Part shown: positions 9,990-19,873 of the stretch, in pieces
Layout: each line of letters starts with the position of its first letter
Numbering within the stretch: the stretch's first letter is position 1
Assembly: GCA_964644565.1 (NCBI GenBank)
Contig: CAZXWO010000002.1
Location: forward strand, 35,244 to 99,243
Source: an uncultured Thermoplasmata archaeon
GTDB lineage: Archaea > Thermoplasmatota > Thermoplasmata > UBA10834
DNA: 64,000 bases
Reading direction: 5' to 3'
Translations under genes and position numbers: made by a program
Notes under the pieces: model-generated
What the model was told of the DNA's origin: nothing
The model's database searches: none
What the model saw: only the letters and a program-made list of their open reading frames with translations

Positions 9990-10892
9990 ATGAAGATGAT
10001 ACGCCAGGGAAAGGTGAAGGACGTCTACGAGGTGGACGCGCGCACGTTGGAGTTCGTCTTCTCCGACAAGATCAGCGTGTTCGACAAGATCATACCGTCC
10101 CTCATCCCGCACAAGGGCGAGACCCTCTGCAGGACGAGCGCCTTCTGGTTCCAGGTCGCGCGCTCGTGCGGCATCAAGACCCACTTCAGGGAGTTCATAC
10201 CGCCGAACAGGATGCGCGTCCACAAGGTCCAGGTCCTGGAGCCGTCCAAGATCACGAGGAAGAGCACCAACTTCCTGGTCCCGCTCGAGGTCATATGCAG
10301 GTACTACGTCGCGGGCTCACTCTGGGACAGGGTCAGGAGCGGCGAGGTCAAACCCTCGAAGCTCGGCATCAAGGGGAACAAGGACGTGAAGTACGGCGAC
10401 AAGCTCCCGGAGCCCTTCATCGAGGTGACCACCAAGCTCGAGGAGTACGACCGCCTTCTGACCAAGACCGAGGCGATGAAGATCGCCTCGATCAGCGCGG
10501 ACGAGTACAAGGCGATAGTTGACTTGGCCCTGCAGATAGACGAGAGGATCGCGGAGGAGGTCGAGAAGCGCGACCTCATCCACGTCGACGGCAAGAAGGA
10601 GTTCGCTTTCGACGAGGACAGGGAGCTGATGGTGGTCGACTCCTTCGGGACCGCGGACGAGGACCGGTGGTGGGACTGGACCAACTACTCCAAGGGCGAG
10701 TTCGTCGAGATGAGCAAGGAGCTGGTGAGGCAGTATTACCGCGAGAAGGGCTACTACTCGATGCTCACCGAGGCCAGGAAGCAGGGCAAGGCCGAGCCGA
10801 AGATCCCCGCACTCCCGGCCTCGAAGATCAAGGAGGTCTCGGACCTCTACGTCGAGATGTTCGAGCTGATCACCGGCGAGAGCTACAGGTGA
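9990..10892 (+). CDS. purC: Phosphoribosylaminoimidazole-succinocarboxamide synthase (SAICAR synthetase)
   Basis: MKMIRQGKVKDVYEVD...SDKISVFD... is the classic PurC N-terminus. The ORF extends upstream to 9966; the MKM start was chosen. Confidence 0.85.
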   Translation: MKMIRQGKVKDVYEVDARTLEFVFSDKISVFDKIIPSLIPHKGETLCRTSAFWFQVARSCGIKTHFREFIPPNRMRVHKVQVLEPSKITRKSTNFLVPLEVICRYYVAGSLWDRVRSGEVKPSKLGIKGNKDVKYGDKLPEPFIEVTTKLEEYDRLLTKTEAMKIASISADEYKAIVDLALQIDERIAEEVEKRDLIHVDGKKEFAFDEDRELMVVDSFGTADEDRWWDWTNYSKGEFVEMSKELVRQYYREKGYYSMLTEARKQGKAEPKIPALPASKIKEVSDLYVEMFELITGESYR

Positions 10893-10944
10893 GCTGGCAG
10901 GCAGGCGAAAGGTTAATCCCCCCCGCGCCGTAACGTGTTCTTGT

Positions 10945-11430
10945 ATGGAGTTCCAGGGCATCGACGAGTTCATGCTGTACCTGAAGGCGAAGTACGACGA
11001 GAGCGAGCGGAGGCACGAGTGGCGCGCCCTCACCGGGAGGGACCACGTCGCCTCCGCCTACGACACGTTCATCTTCACGGACCAGAAGGTCTACCAGATC
11101 AAGTCGCAGGAGCTCGCCCCGCAGAGGATGGTGGCCGTGGCGAACGAGGTCGGCGGGCCGTCGCCGGACATGCTCGAGATGATAAGGGGCGGGGCGCCGG
11201 TCCCCCTAAGCGTCATCTCCAAGGCGAGGGACGCCTCGGCGGTGGTCATGTTCGGCATGCAGCAGTACTCCTCGGACGTGGCCGACGTCTTCAGGAGGGA
11301 GTACTACGGCTCCAAGCAGGACGCCCTCAAGGCGGACCTGGACAGGAGCGTGGGGAACCTGGTCCAGAGGCCCGAGTTCAAGCACGCGTACCGCAGCATG
11401 AGGGAGCGCGAGGACGCATATTTCGCGTGA
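10945..11430 (+). CDS. Hypothetical protein (161 aa)
   Basis: ORF with balanced, non-repetitive amino-acid composition in an otherwise unexplained gap between purC and trpB. No recognisable motif. Confidence 0.4.
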   Translation: MEFQGIDEFMLYLKAKYDESERRHEWRALTGRDHVASAYDTFIFTDQKVYQIKSQELAPQRMVAVANEVGGPSPDMLEMIRGGAPVPLSVISKARDASAVVMFGMQQYSSDVADVFRREYYGSKQDALKADLDRSVGNLVQRPEFKHAYRSMREREDAYFA

Positions 11431-11514
11431 CGCGCAGTCAAGCGCGCTTCAGATCAGTAAAATATGTTTGAACGGCCCCCCTCGCGGGCGGGCCGGTTTG
11501 AAGGGTTTGCCTGG

Positions 11515-12780
11515 CTAGACTACCTTCCCGTCCAGGTAGTTCTGGTATCCGCCGAGGTCCAGGAGGCCGTGGCCGGAGAAGTTGAACGCTATGATCTTCT
11601 CCTCGTTGTTCCTCTTGGCCTCGAGGGCGATGTCTATGGCCGCCTTGATCGCGTGGCTCGTCTCGGGGGCGGGTATGATCCCCTCGGCCTTCGCGAACAT
11701 GTGGGCCGCCTCGAACACCTCCTTCTGCTGGTAGGAGACGGGCCTGACGACCTTCGACTTGACGAGTGCGCTCACAGTGGGCGCGGCCCCGTGGTACCTC
11801 AGCCCCCCGGCGTGTATGGGGGACGGGATGAAGTCGTGCCCGAGGGTGTACATCAGGAGCAGCGGGGTCATTCCCGCCGTGTCGCCGAAGTCGTACTCGT
11901 ACTTGCCCTTCGTGAGGCTCGGCACAACCGTCGGCTCGACCGCCACGAACTCGGTGTCTATCTTTCCCTTCAGCTTCTGCCCGATGAACGGGAAGGTGAA
12001 GCCGGCGAAGTTGGATCCGCCCCCGACGCAGCCTATGAGGCAGTCCGGGGTCTCCCCCAGCTTCTGGAACTGCAGCATCGCCTCCTGCCCGATGATGGTC
12101 TGGTGGAGCATCACGTGGTTCAGGACGCTGCCGAGGCTGTACTTCGCGTTGCCGTCCTTCACGCAGGTCTCCAGCGCCTCGCTGATGGCTATCCCCAGCG
12201 AGCCGGGGTGCTTCGGGTCCTTGGCGAGGAGGCTCTTGCCGAACTCGGTGAGCATGCTCGGGGACGGGTTGACCTCGGCCCCATAGATCCTCATCATCTC
12301 CCGCCTGTAGGGCTTCTGGTCGTAGCTGGCCCTGACCATGAACACCTTGCACTTGAGGCCGAAGTAGTTGCTCGCGAGCGAGAGCGCCGTGCCCCACTGC
12401 CCCGCGCCCGTCTCGGTGGTCAGGTGAGTCACGCCCTCCTTCATGTTGTAGTACGCCTGGGCGAGCGCCGTGTTCGTCTTGTGGCTGCCTGCCGGGCTCA
12501 GGTCCTCGCGCTTGAAGTATATGTGCGCGGGAGTCCCGAGCGCCTCCTCCAGCCTGATAGCCCTCTGGAGAGGGCTGGGCCTCATCACCATCATGTACGA
12601 CTGGAGGACCTCCTCGGGGATGTCGATGTACCTCTCCGAGGACATCTCCTGGGCTATCAGGGCCTTGGGGAAGATGGCCTCGAGGGCGGCGGGGCTGATC
12701 GGCTGCTTGGTCCCCGGGTCGAGCGGCGGAGCGAGCGGCTCCGGCAGGTCGGGCAGTATGTTGTACCATTTCTTGGGCAT
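11515..12780 (-). CDS. trpB: Tryptophan synthase beta chain, TrpB2 type
   Basis: [19 protein letters not shown]... with the TrpB2-specific N-terminal extension; PLP-binding SHKTN and GGGSN motifs. The upstream 34 codons of the track ORF are junk-like, so the start was placed at MPKKW. Confidence 0.85.
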   Translation of the reverse strand: MPKKWYNILPDLPEPLAPPLDPGTKQPISPAALEAIFPKALIAQEMSSERYIDIPEEVLQSYMMVMRPSPLQRAIRLEEALGTPAHIYFKREDLSPAGSHKTNTALAQAYYNMKEGVTHLTTETGAGQWGTALSLASNYFGLKCKVFMVRASYDQKPYRREMMRIYGAEVNPSPSMLTEFGKSLLAKDPKHPGSLGIAISEALETCVKDGNAKYSLGSVLNHVMLHQTIIGQEAMLQFQKLGETPDCLIGCVGGGSNFAGFTFPFIGQKLKGKIDTEFVAVEPTVVPSLTKGKYEYDFGDTAGMTPLLLMYTLGHDFIPSPIHAGGLRYHGAAPTVSALVKSKVVRPVSYQQKEVFEAAHMFAKAEGIIPAPETSHAIKAAIDIALEAKRNNEEKIIAFNFSGHGLLDLGGYQNYLDGKVV

Positions 12781-12903
12781 CTCTTCGGGAGTCAATGTCG
12801 TCCTTGTGGGTCTCAATGTACCCCTCCTCTGAGTATGCCTACAAGTATCGACACTATATATCCGTTTCGAGCATTGATGCACTCAATTGTACTTATAACG
12901 GCG

Positions 12904-13881
12904 TCATCTGAGGTATATCAGCCGCCCCAGCCTGCCGTCCCAGATCCAGTCGTCCTCGGTGACCGCGTCCCTGCGCCTGGCGATCATGTACTCGATCTTG
13001 GCGTCCGTGTCGTCGGCCTCGTGGACCGCGAGGGCCTCGGGCGTCATCGGGTCCACGGGCGAGCCCCACTCCCTCTTGCCGTGGTGCGCCAGGAGGATGT
13101 GCCTCAGCTTCATGGCGAGGTCCGGGGGGAAGCCCTCGACCCCCTCCATGTGCTCGACCACCTCCTCGTCGCCTATGGCGATGTGCCCTATGAGGTTCCC
13201 CTCGGGCGAGTGGTTTATGTGGGTCGTGACACGGAAGCTCCTGACCTTACCGACGTCGTGCAGGAGGGCGCCCGTCAGAACCAGCTCCCTGTCCAGCCCG
13301 GGGTGCTGCCTCACTATGTGGAGCGCCGTGTCGGCCACGTTCAGGGTGTGCTGCAGCAGGCCCCCGAGCGCGGCGGAGTGCAGCTGGATGGAGGCGGGGG
13401 CAGCGCAGAAGGCGTCCATGAACACCTGGTCCCTGAAGAACGACTCGAGCAGGGCGCGCATGTGCGGCTCCTCCACCTGGCCAAGGAGCGAGAGCAGCCT
13501 CTCGCGCATCTCGGGGACGCCGTCGACCGTCGGCACCAGCTCGGAGACGTCGTACTCGCCCTCCGCGAGCCTGGCCACGGAGCCGTTGTTCTTCCTGCTG
13601 ACGGACACCTCGACCTGGTTCCTGTAGTCGGATGCCTCGCCCCTCACATGGACGACGTCGTCCGCCTCGAAGGACGAGTACAGCCTCTGGACGGCCTCCC
13701 GGTCCTCGTCCCCCCAGTACTTCACGGTGAGCTGTCCGCTCTTGTCCGCGGCCCTGAACTCGAACATGTGGCCGTACCTGTACTCGACCACGGGCTTCTT
13801 GTAGGCGACCGAGAAGTAGCTGTCCACCCTGTCGCCCGGCCTCAGGTCCTTGGCCGTCTGCTTCCCCTTGGTGGCGGTCAT
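12904..13881 (-). CDS. OB-fold nucleic-acid-binding plus HD-domain phosphohydrolase (YhaM-like 3'-5' exoribonuclease family)
   Basis: N-terminal OB-fold (DLRPGDRVDSYFSVAYKK..) followed by HD motif HSAALGGLLQHTLNV...LLHDVGK. The start was set at MTATKGK because the first 82 codons of the track ORF are Arg/Gly-rich junk. Confidence 0.7.
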   Translation of the reverse strand: MTATKGKQTAKDLRPGDRVDSYFSVAYKKPVVEYRYGHMFEFRAADKSGQLTVKYWGDEDREAVQRLYSSFEADDVVHVRGEASDYRNQVEVSVSRKNNGSVARLAEGEYDVSELVPTVDGVPEMRERLLSLLGQVEEPHMRALLESFFRDQVFMDAFCAAPASIQLHSAALGGLLQHTLNVADTALHIVRQHPGLDRELVLTGALLHDVGKVRSFRVTTHINHSPEGNLIGHIAIGDEEVVEHMEGVEGFPPDLAMKLRHILLAHHGKREWGSPVDPMTPEALAVHEADDTDAKIEYMIARRRDAVTEDDWIWDGRLGRLIYLR

Positions 13882-14178
13882 GTCACTCTGCACCTTCCTG
13901 AGCGGGGTTATGGGGATGGGGGTGTAAACACTTTTCACGATGGGTGGACCGAAGGCCCTGCCCCTTAGCTGGCAGACCGCGGTATGCTCAATCGCCGTCC
14001 CCGCGTCCGAGGAGGCGCCCCTCCAAGGAGGCCTCGGGCCACTCATGCCCCTCCGAGAGCGCACCCCCTGCAACTCCCTTTGCGCTACGTGTACCCTACG
14101 TTCCTGATAAAAGAAATGGAACCGCACAGGCCCGCACCCCGGGGCCGTGTGCGCGTTTGCGTTTCCCTTTTCTTGTTC

Positions 14179-17100
14179 CTACCAGCACTTGGAGTAGCCG
14201 CAGGTCCTGCACACGACGCACCCCTCGACGTACTCCACCATGCTCCCGCACTCCGGACACTCGGGGCACACGTCCCCCTTGTCCACGTGGTTCTGCTTCT
14301 CGACCGGGGCTGCGGCGACCCCGGCATCGACGGCGCTCTCGACCTTGGAGGTCTCGAAGTCCTTGACGAACCTCTCGAGCGCCTTGGCGACCGCGTCGCT
14401 GCAGGAGAGCACCATGCCCCCCGGCTGCCAGAGCGGGGAGGGGCACCGTATGCCCCTCAGCTGTTTCGCGATCGACTCGGGGTCTATGCCCGACCGCAGG
14501 GCGAGCGATATCAGCCTCCCCACGGCCTCCGACTGGGACGCGGTGCACCCTCCCGACTTCCCCATCTGGGTGAACACCTCGCACAGGCCCCTCTCGTCCA
14601 CGTTTATAGTCACATACAGGTGGCCGCAGCCCGTCTCCATCCTCTGGGTGGAGCCGCGCGTCACCATGGGCCTCTTCCGGGGGACCCTGGAGTCCGCCTC
14701 CGTCCCGGCCTCCTCCGGCGTCTTCTCCTTGTCGGCCCCGACGCTGAGGACCTGGTCCTCGCGGCTGCCGTACCTGTACACGGTCACGCCCTTGCAGCCG
14801 AGCTTGTAGGCGAGCATGTAGACGTCCTCGACGTCCTTCGGGGTCGCCTCGCTCGGGAAGTTGACGGTCTTGGAGACGGCATTGTCCGTGTGCTCCTGGA
14901 AGGCCGCCTGCATCTTGATGTGCCACTCGGGGGAGATGTCGAGGGCCGTGACGAATACCCTCTTGACGTCCTCGGGCACGCCTCGGACGTCCTTGACCGT
15001 CCCCTTGGCGGCGATCTCCTTCATGAGCTCGTCGGAGTGGAACCCCTTGGCCTTCGAGACCGCGTCGAATATCGGGTTGACCTCCGGGAGTATGTCCTTG
15101 TCCATGACATTGCGGACGTATGCGACGGCGAATATGGGCTCGACCCCGCTGGACGCCCCCGAGATTATGCTTATGGTCCCGGTCGGCGCGATGGTGGTGA
15201 CAGTCGCGTTCCTGAGCGCCCCGAACCTGCCCTTGAGGGTGCTGTCCTCGAAGTTGGGGAAGCTTCCCCGCTCCTTGGCGAGGGCGACGGAGGCCTTGTG
15301 CCCCTCCTCGTCCACGAAAGCCATTATCTTCCTGCCGATCTCGAGGGCGTCGTCGCTGTCGTATGGGGTGCCCATTGTCAGCAGCATGTCGGCGAAGCCC
15401 ATCACGCCCAGCCCGATCTTCCTGTTCGAGCGCGTCATGTCCGCGATCTGGGGCAGCGGGTACTTGTTGACGTCTATCACGTTGTCGAGGAACCGGACCG
15501 ACCAGTGGACCGTGTCCCTGAGCTTGTCCCAGTCGACCGAGTACTTCCCGGACTCGTAGGAGAGCATGTGGGCCAGGTTGATGGAACCGAGGTTGCACGA
15601 CTCGTAGGGGAGCAGGGGCTGCTCGCCGCACGGGTTGGTGCTCTCGATCTCCCCGACCTTCGGGGTGGGGTTGTCCCGGTTTATCCGGTCTATGAACACG
15701 ATCCCGGGCTCCCCGTTCCGCCAGGCCATGTTCACGATCATGTCGAAGACCTTGCGGGAGTCCAGCTTCGAGGCGGGCTGACCCTTCCTGGGGTTGACCA
15801 GGTCGTAGTCCGTGCCCTTCTCCACCGCCTCCATGAACTTGTCCGTCAGGGCGACCGAGATGTTGAAGTTGGTCAGCCTGGAGCTGTCCTTCTTGGCCGT
15901 GATGAACGACATTATGTCGGGGTGGTCGACGCGGAGTATGCCCATGTTGGCCCCCCGCCTCGTGCCTCCCTGCTTTATCGTCTCGGTGGCGGCGTTGAAC
16001 ACCTCCATGAAGGAGATGGGTCCGCTTGAGACGCCGGCGGTGCTCTTGACGGAGTCGTTCGCGGGCCTCAGCCTCGAGAAGCTGAACCCCGTCCCCCCGC
16101 CGCTGTTGTGCGACACGAAACCATTGGCGAGGTACGCGTGGCTGTTGGGGACGGTCAGGTCCACCACCTCCCTCCTCCCCGAGGGGAGGACGGCCTTGAC
16201 CTTCACCAGGAAGTGCCCTTCGTCGTCGGGCTCGGCGTGGTAGCGCCCCGCACCCTCGGCCTCGGCGACCATCCGGGGGGCCTCTGCCGCCCTCAGCCTC
16301 TCCGAGAGCACCTTCGAGTTGAAACCGACCTTCTCCTTGAAGCACTCGAACCCGGACGCAGTGCAGACTGTGAGCTTGGAGCCTTCCCTGACAGTCGGTA
16401 TGCCGACGTAGAACATCATCGTCTGCAGGTCCCTGGCGAGTCTCTCGGACGGCAGGTCCGCGGAGACCATGCCACCGGGGGAGACCCACCCGTGGTCGTC
16501 GAAGGTCCTCCTGAGGAACCCGCACAGGCCGGGCTCGTCCGCCCTTATGACCCTCTCGTCGACCCCCTGGGAGAACTCGATGGCCTCGTGGGGCACCTCT
16601 GCTTCGACCCCTCCCAGCCAGCCTCCGAGCTTCATGACCGCGGTGGAGCCCTCCCTGAGCTGCCCTATCTTCCTCCAGTCGAGGTCACCGCTGTCGGTCA
16701 TGACCAGCACCCTGTGCAGCGCGGTCCCGGTGATGGAGTACCCCTCCTCGGTCTCGACAGTGAAGACCTCTTGCGTCCCGTTCTCGTGCTTGTCCACGAC
16801 GGTCTCCATCCCCTCGTGCGTCTCGATCCACCCGCCGGCCGTGACGTCACCGAGGGTCATGCAACCCACGTCCGTCATCACCAGCGTCTCCGGGACGAGG
16901 CACTTGTGGATCAGGGCGGTGTACTTGACCGCGTCGAATATCTGTTCCATGGAGTCGCCTATCGGCAGGACGAAGCACGCTGATAGCTGGCCGAGCTCCC
17001 TGCCCGCGTTCATGAGGGTGGGGCTGTTCGGCATGAAATCGAGCCTGGCCATCATCTCGTAGAACTTCACGGCCGCCCTTTCGACCTCGGTCTCGCCGCC

Positions 17101-17328
17101 TCCGTAGTTGGCCTCGGCGGACGCGATGGCCCTGGCGACCCTCTCGAAGAGCTGGCGGGGCGTCTCGACGGGCTTCCCGTCGTCGTCCTTCCTGAGATAT
17201 CGGCGCTCAAGCACGGTTCTGGCATTGGAGCTGATCTGCGGTTCCAGGTCCCATCCTGAATTCGTCTTGAACTGTCTGTGCCCTGGGGCGACAGAGTCCC
17301 CTTGCCGATAGTTGGGTGTGCTTGACAT
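14179..17328 (-). CDS. nrdJ: Adenosylcobalamin-dependent (class II) ribonucleoside-triphosphate/diphosphate reductase, intein-containing, with C-terminal zinc ribbon
   Basis: RNR class II signature regions (NAGRELGQLSACFVLPI..., ...SGGGTGFSFSRLRP, CGEQPLLPYESCNLGSINL) and a C-terminal CPECPECG...CVVCRTCG zinc ribbon. 1049 aa, about 266 aa longer than expected because of an intein. Confidence 0.9.
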   Translation of the reverse strand: MSSTPNYRQGDSVAPGHRQFKTNSGWDLEPQISSNARTVLERRYLRKDDDGKPVETPRQLFERVARAIASAEANYGGGETEVERAAVKFYEMMARLDFMPNSPTLMNAGRELGQLSACFVLPIGDSMEQIFDAVKYTALIHKCLVPETLVMTDVGCMTLGDVTAGGWIETHEGMETVVDKHENGTQEVFTVETEEGYSITGTALHRVLVMTDSGDLDWRKIGQLREGSTAVMKLGGWLGGVEAEVPHEAIEFSQGVDERVIRADEPGLCGFLRRTFDDHGWVSPGGMVSADLPSERLARDLQTMMFYVGIPTVREGSKLTVCTASGFECFKEKVGFNSKVLSERLRAAEAPRMVAEAEGAGRYHAEPDDEGHFLVKVKAVLPSGRREVVDLTVPNSHAYLANGFVSHNSGGGTGFSFSRLRPANDSVKSTAGVSSGPISFMEVFNAATETIKQGGTRRGANMGILRVDHPDIMSFITAKKDSSRLTNFNISVALTDKFMEAVEKGTDYDLVNPRKGQPASKLDSRKVFDMIVNMAWRNGEPGIVFIDRINRDNPTPKVGEIESTNPCGEQPLLPYESCNLGSINLAHMLSYESGKYSVDWDKLRDTVHWSVRFLDNVIDVNKYPLPQIADMTRSNRKIGLGVMGFADMLLTMGTPYDSDDALEIGRKIMAFVDEEGHKASVALAKERGSFPNFEDSTLKGRFGALRNATVTTIAPTGTISIISGASSGVEPIFAVAYVRNVMDKDILPEVNPIFDAVSKAKGFHSDELMKEIAAKGTVKDVRGVPEDVKRVFVTALDISPEWHIKMQAAFQEHTDNAVSKTVNFPSEATPKDVEDVYMLAYKLGCKGVTVYRYGSREDQVLSVGADKEKTPEEAGTEADSRVPRKRPMVTRGSTQRMETGCGHLYVTINVDERGLCEVFTQMGKSGGCTASQSEAVGRLISLALRSGIDPESIAKQLRGIRCPSPLWQPGGMVLSCSDAVAKALERFVKDFETSKVESAVDAGVAAAPVEKQNHVDKGDVCPECPECGSMVEYVEGCVVCRTCGYSKCW
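16105..16902 (-). other. Mini-intein (266 aa) inserted in RNR between ALIHK and SGGGTGFSF
   Basis: Insertion begins with Cys (CLVPETLVMTDVGCMTL, block A), has a TxxH block B (GTALHRVLV), ends ...GFVSHN (block G His-Asn), and is followed by Ser+1. The flanking exteins re-join to the conserved RNR motif ALIHK-SGGGTGF. Confidence 0.75.
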
Positions 17329-17787
17329 TTCTCCCCCTCTGGCGTACCTGTGCTTCCCTTACGGGTACGGTATGGGTCGCACGGGTTGATGGCTCCCCCC
17401 TCTGCTCGCGAAGATGAGGTGAGTCCCCATCCCCCACTTCATTGTGTAAACAGAGGCGAAAAGCTTTGCGGCTGCGTGCAGAGGGACGAATGAGCGGGTA
17501 TGATTTAAAGAAGTTTTCCGACAGGACTTGGTAACAAATCCCGCCGTGGTTCTGCGATGTCAGGACATATTATTATCTACATTGTTATCAGGTCGTTTAC
17601 CTATTGCCGTTGCCAGCCGTGCATGATTGTGCTGTGAACTGCGGTTTCCACTGGAGTTCGGCAGATAACGGATGTACACTTACGTGAATCGGATGTGCTG
17701 CCTATATCCTTCTCGGGCCCGTCGGTGCGGCACACAATTTGTATAAGAGTCCGTCATTAACCGCATGTCAGGAGTCAGGGTGATGCC

Positions 17788-18033
17788 GTGAAGGTCAGAG
17801 TCAAGCTCTTCTCCGCGTTCAGGGAAGTGGTCGGCACCAAGGAGGAGGATCTGGAGCTGCCCGACGGGACCACCGTCAGCGGCCTCCTGGACGACTATGT
17901 CCGCAGGTTCCCAGCTCTGGAACGCTACAGGGACCACATAATCCTCTCCGTGAACCGTGAGTACGGCGCGCCCTCGAGGGTCCTCAGGGCCGGGGACGAG
18001 GTGTCGTTCCTGCCGCCCGTCAGCGGTGGTTGA
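17788..18033 (+). CDS. MoaD/ThiS-family ubiquitin-like small protein ending in Gly-Gly (SAMP-like)
   Basis: 81 aa, GTG start after ggagtcaggg, C-terminal ...PPVSGG diglycine, beta-grasp-like pattern. No adjacent MoaE/ThiF. Confidence 0.65.
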   Translation: MKVRVKLFSAFREVVGTKEEDLELPDGTTVSGLLDDYVRRFPALERYRDHIILSVNREYGAPSRVLRAGDEVSFLPPVSGG

Positions 18034-18142
18034 ACGGCCCGGTGTCATGCAGAACGTGCTTATACTGGCCTGTGCATAAAGCCCCTTCGCGGCGTTACGG
18101 GGGCAGGTTGGCCCTGCCCGACTCGAATCCGACGGTGGTCCG

Positions 18143-19873
18143 ATGACTTCTCGAATACCTGCGAAATCCATGGTGGTTGTAGCCGCGTTCTTGGTGTCCG
18201 CGCTCCTCGTCCCTTCGGGGCCCGGCGAACGGACGGAGCCCCAGCTCGTCTCGACCACGTTGGCAGGCCCGCCCGTCGACTACGTCTACAGGAACTACTC
18301 TGAGATCAGGGACATCCTCCTGCAGACCGTCGCGGAGTATCCGGAGATAGCGGCGCTCCACGACATCGGGGACAGTTGGGAGAAGACCGCCGGCCTGGCG
18401 GACCGTGACATACTCGCGATCAAGATATCGGACAACGTGGACACCGAGGAGGACGAACCGGAGTTCCTCCTTCTCGCCCTGCATCACGCGCGCGAGTGGC
18501 CGACCTCGGAGACGGCGTTGAACGTCATCAAGAACATCACCGAGGGCTATGGCACCGACCCGAGGATAAGCTGGCTCGTCGACAACCGGGAGATATGGGT
18601 CGTGCCGGTCGTGAACCCGGACGGGCTCGACTTCGCCCTCACCGCCGACGACATGTGGAGGAAGAACAGGCGGGACAACATGGACGGGACCTTCGGCGTG
18701 GACCTCAACAGGAACTACAACGGGTCGGAGAACGGGGACCCCCTGGGGGCTTGGGGAGGCGCCGGCACGTCCGACCTCAACTACTCCGATGTGTACTGCG
18801 GCGAGGCGCCGTTCTCGGAGCCCGAGACGCAGGCCGTCCGGGACCTCTCCCGCGCGCACGACTTCCAGATCGCCTTCGACTTCCACACCTACGATGACTC
18901 GGTGATGTGGCCGTGGGGCTACACGGCGAATCTGACCGCGGACGACGAGCACTTCGTGGACATAGGCCATCAGCTCGCCTCCCTGAACGGCTATGCGGCC
19001 GCGCAGTCCGTGGACCTGTACGCCACGACCGGCGACTCTCTCGACTGGCTCTACGGAAGCCTGGGCATATTCGCGTTCCTCTTCGAGATGGGGGCGACCG
19101 AGTTCCACCCGGACTTCGAGGAGGACGTCCTGGAGATCGTCTACGAGAACTACGCGCCCACTCTCCTGGGCATAGAGCTGTGCGGCGACCGTTACCAGTC
19201 GCCATTCGAGATATCGCACGCGCCCCTGGGCGACTCGCCTTTCTCGGCGGCGGGCCACACCGTCTCCGCCGACATCACCGCGGGCAGGGGCGTGGATACG
19301 TCCAGCCCCAGGGTCGTCTACAGTGTTGACGGCGGTGCGTGGCAGGAGTCCCCCATGACCGGGGGTTCCTCCGGCGACACGTACGAGGGCACCATACCCT
19401 CGCAGGTGGCCGGGTCCGTCGTCGAGTACTACATATTCGCGGAGGACCTGGGCGCCGTGGAGCTCACCAGCCCGAGGTATGCCCCCTACGAGGTCTACTC
19501 GTTCTCGGTGACCGAGTCGCCGAACGACCCGCCCGTCGCGGATGCCGGCGCCGACGCCAGCACCCCGCTCGGAGGGGAGGTCGTGTTCGACTCATCCGGC
19601 TCTTCCGACGACGCGGGGATCGTGAGCTACACATGGACCTTCCTCTACAACGGTTCGGAGGTGTCGCTCGACGGCCCGTCCCCATCCTTCCGGTTCTGGA
19701 CGGAGGGGCTCTACACGGTCACGCTGAACGTCACGGACGCGCAGGGGGAGTACGACACCGACGTGATGGTCGTCTTCGTGGAGGGCACGGCGATACCCGA
19801 GTTCCCGACGGTACTGGTCCCGGTCGCGGCGCTGCTGGCGCTGTTCCTCGTCATTCGAGCGAGACGACCCTGA
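18143..19873 (+). CDS. Secreted M14-family zinc carboxypeptidase with PKD domain and PEF-CTERM archaeal sorting signal
   Basis: Signal peptide/TM at the N-terminus; M14 motifs LHHAREWPT (HxxE), NPDG, DLNRNY, FHTY; PKD-like segment (YTWTF...YTVTLNVTDAQGEYDT); C-terminus IPEFPTVLVPVAALLALFLVIRARRP (PEF motif + TM + basic tail). Confidence 0.8.
   Translation: MTSRIPAKSMVVVAAFLVSALLVPSGPGERTEPQLVSTTLAGPPVDYVYRNYSEIRDILLQTVAEYPEIAALHDIGDSWEKTAGLADRDILAIKISDNVDTEEDEPEFLLLALHHAREWPTSETALNVIKNITEGYGTDPRISWLVDNREIWVVPVVNPDGLDFALTADDMWRKNRRDNMDGTFGVDLNRNYNGSENGDPLGAWGGAGTSDLNYSDVYCGEAPFSEPETQAVRDLSRAHDFQIAFDFHTYDDSVMWPWGYTANLTADDEHFVDIGHQLASLNGYAAAQSVDLYATTGDSLDWLYGSLGIFAFLFEMGATEFHPDFEEDVLEIVYENYAPTLLGIELCGDRYQSPFEISHAPLGDSPFSAAGHTVSADITAGRGVDTSSPRVVYSVDGGAWQESPMTGGSSGDTYEGTIPSQVAGSVVEYYIFAEDLGAVELTSPRYAPYEVYSFSVTESPNDPPVADAGADASTPLGGEVVFDSSGSSDDAGIVSYTWTFLYNGSEVSLDGPSPSFRFWTEGLYTVTLNVTDAQGEYDTDVMVVFVEGTAIPEFPTVLVPVAALLALFLVIRARRP

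Noticed and set aside
12781-12882. N-terminal extensions of several track ORFs (e.g. trpB 12781-12882, HD gene 13882-14127, HD phosphohydrolase 27583-27690, metallophosphoesterase 39223-39372, hel308 3738-3800)
   Set aside because: Extensions are Arg/Pro-rich junk lacking homology. Internal start codons coincide with conserved protein N-termini and/or TATA/RBS-like signals.
11464-13968. 834-aa plus-strand ORF spanning trpB and the HD gene
   Set aside because: Antisense shadow ORF; junk-like composition (RG/LV-rich, no motifs). The opposite-strand genes are well supported.
13984-16525. Very long ORFs (681 aa plus strand 13984-16029; 809 aa minus strand 14096-16525) overlapping the RNR gene
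   Set aside because: Arg/Gly/Pro/His-rich low-complexity translations typical of alternative-frame and antisense shadow ORFs in about 65% GC DNA. The RNR frame has unambiguous conserved motifs.
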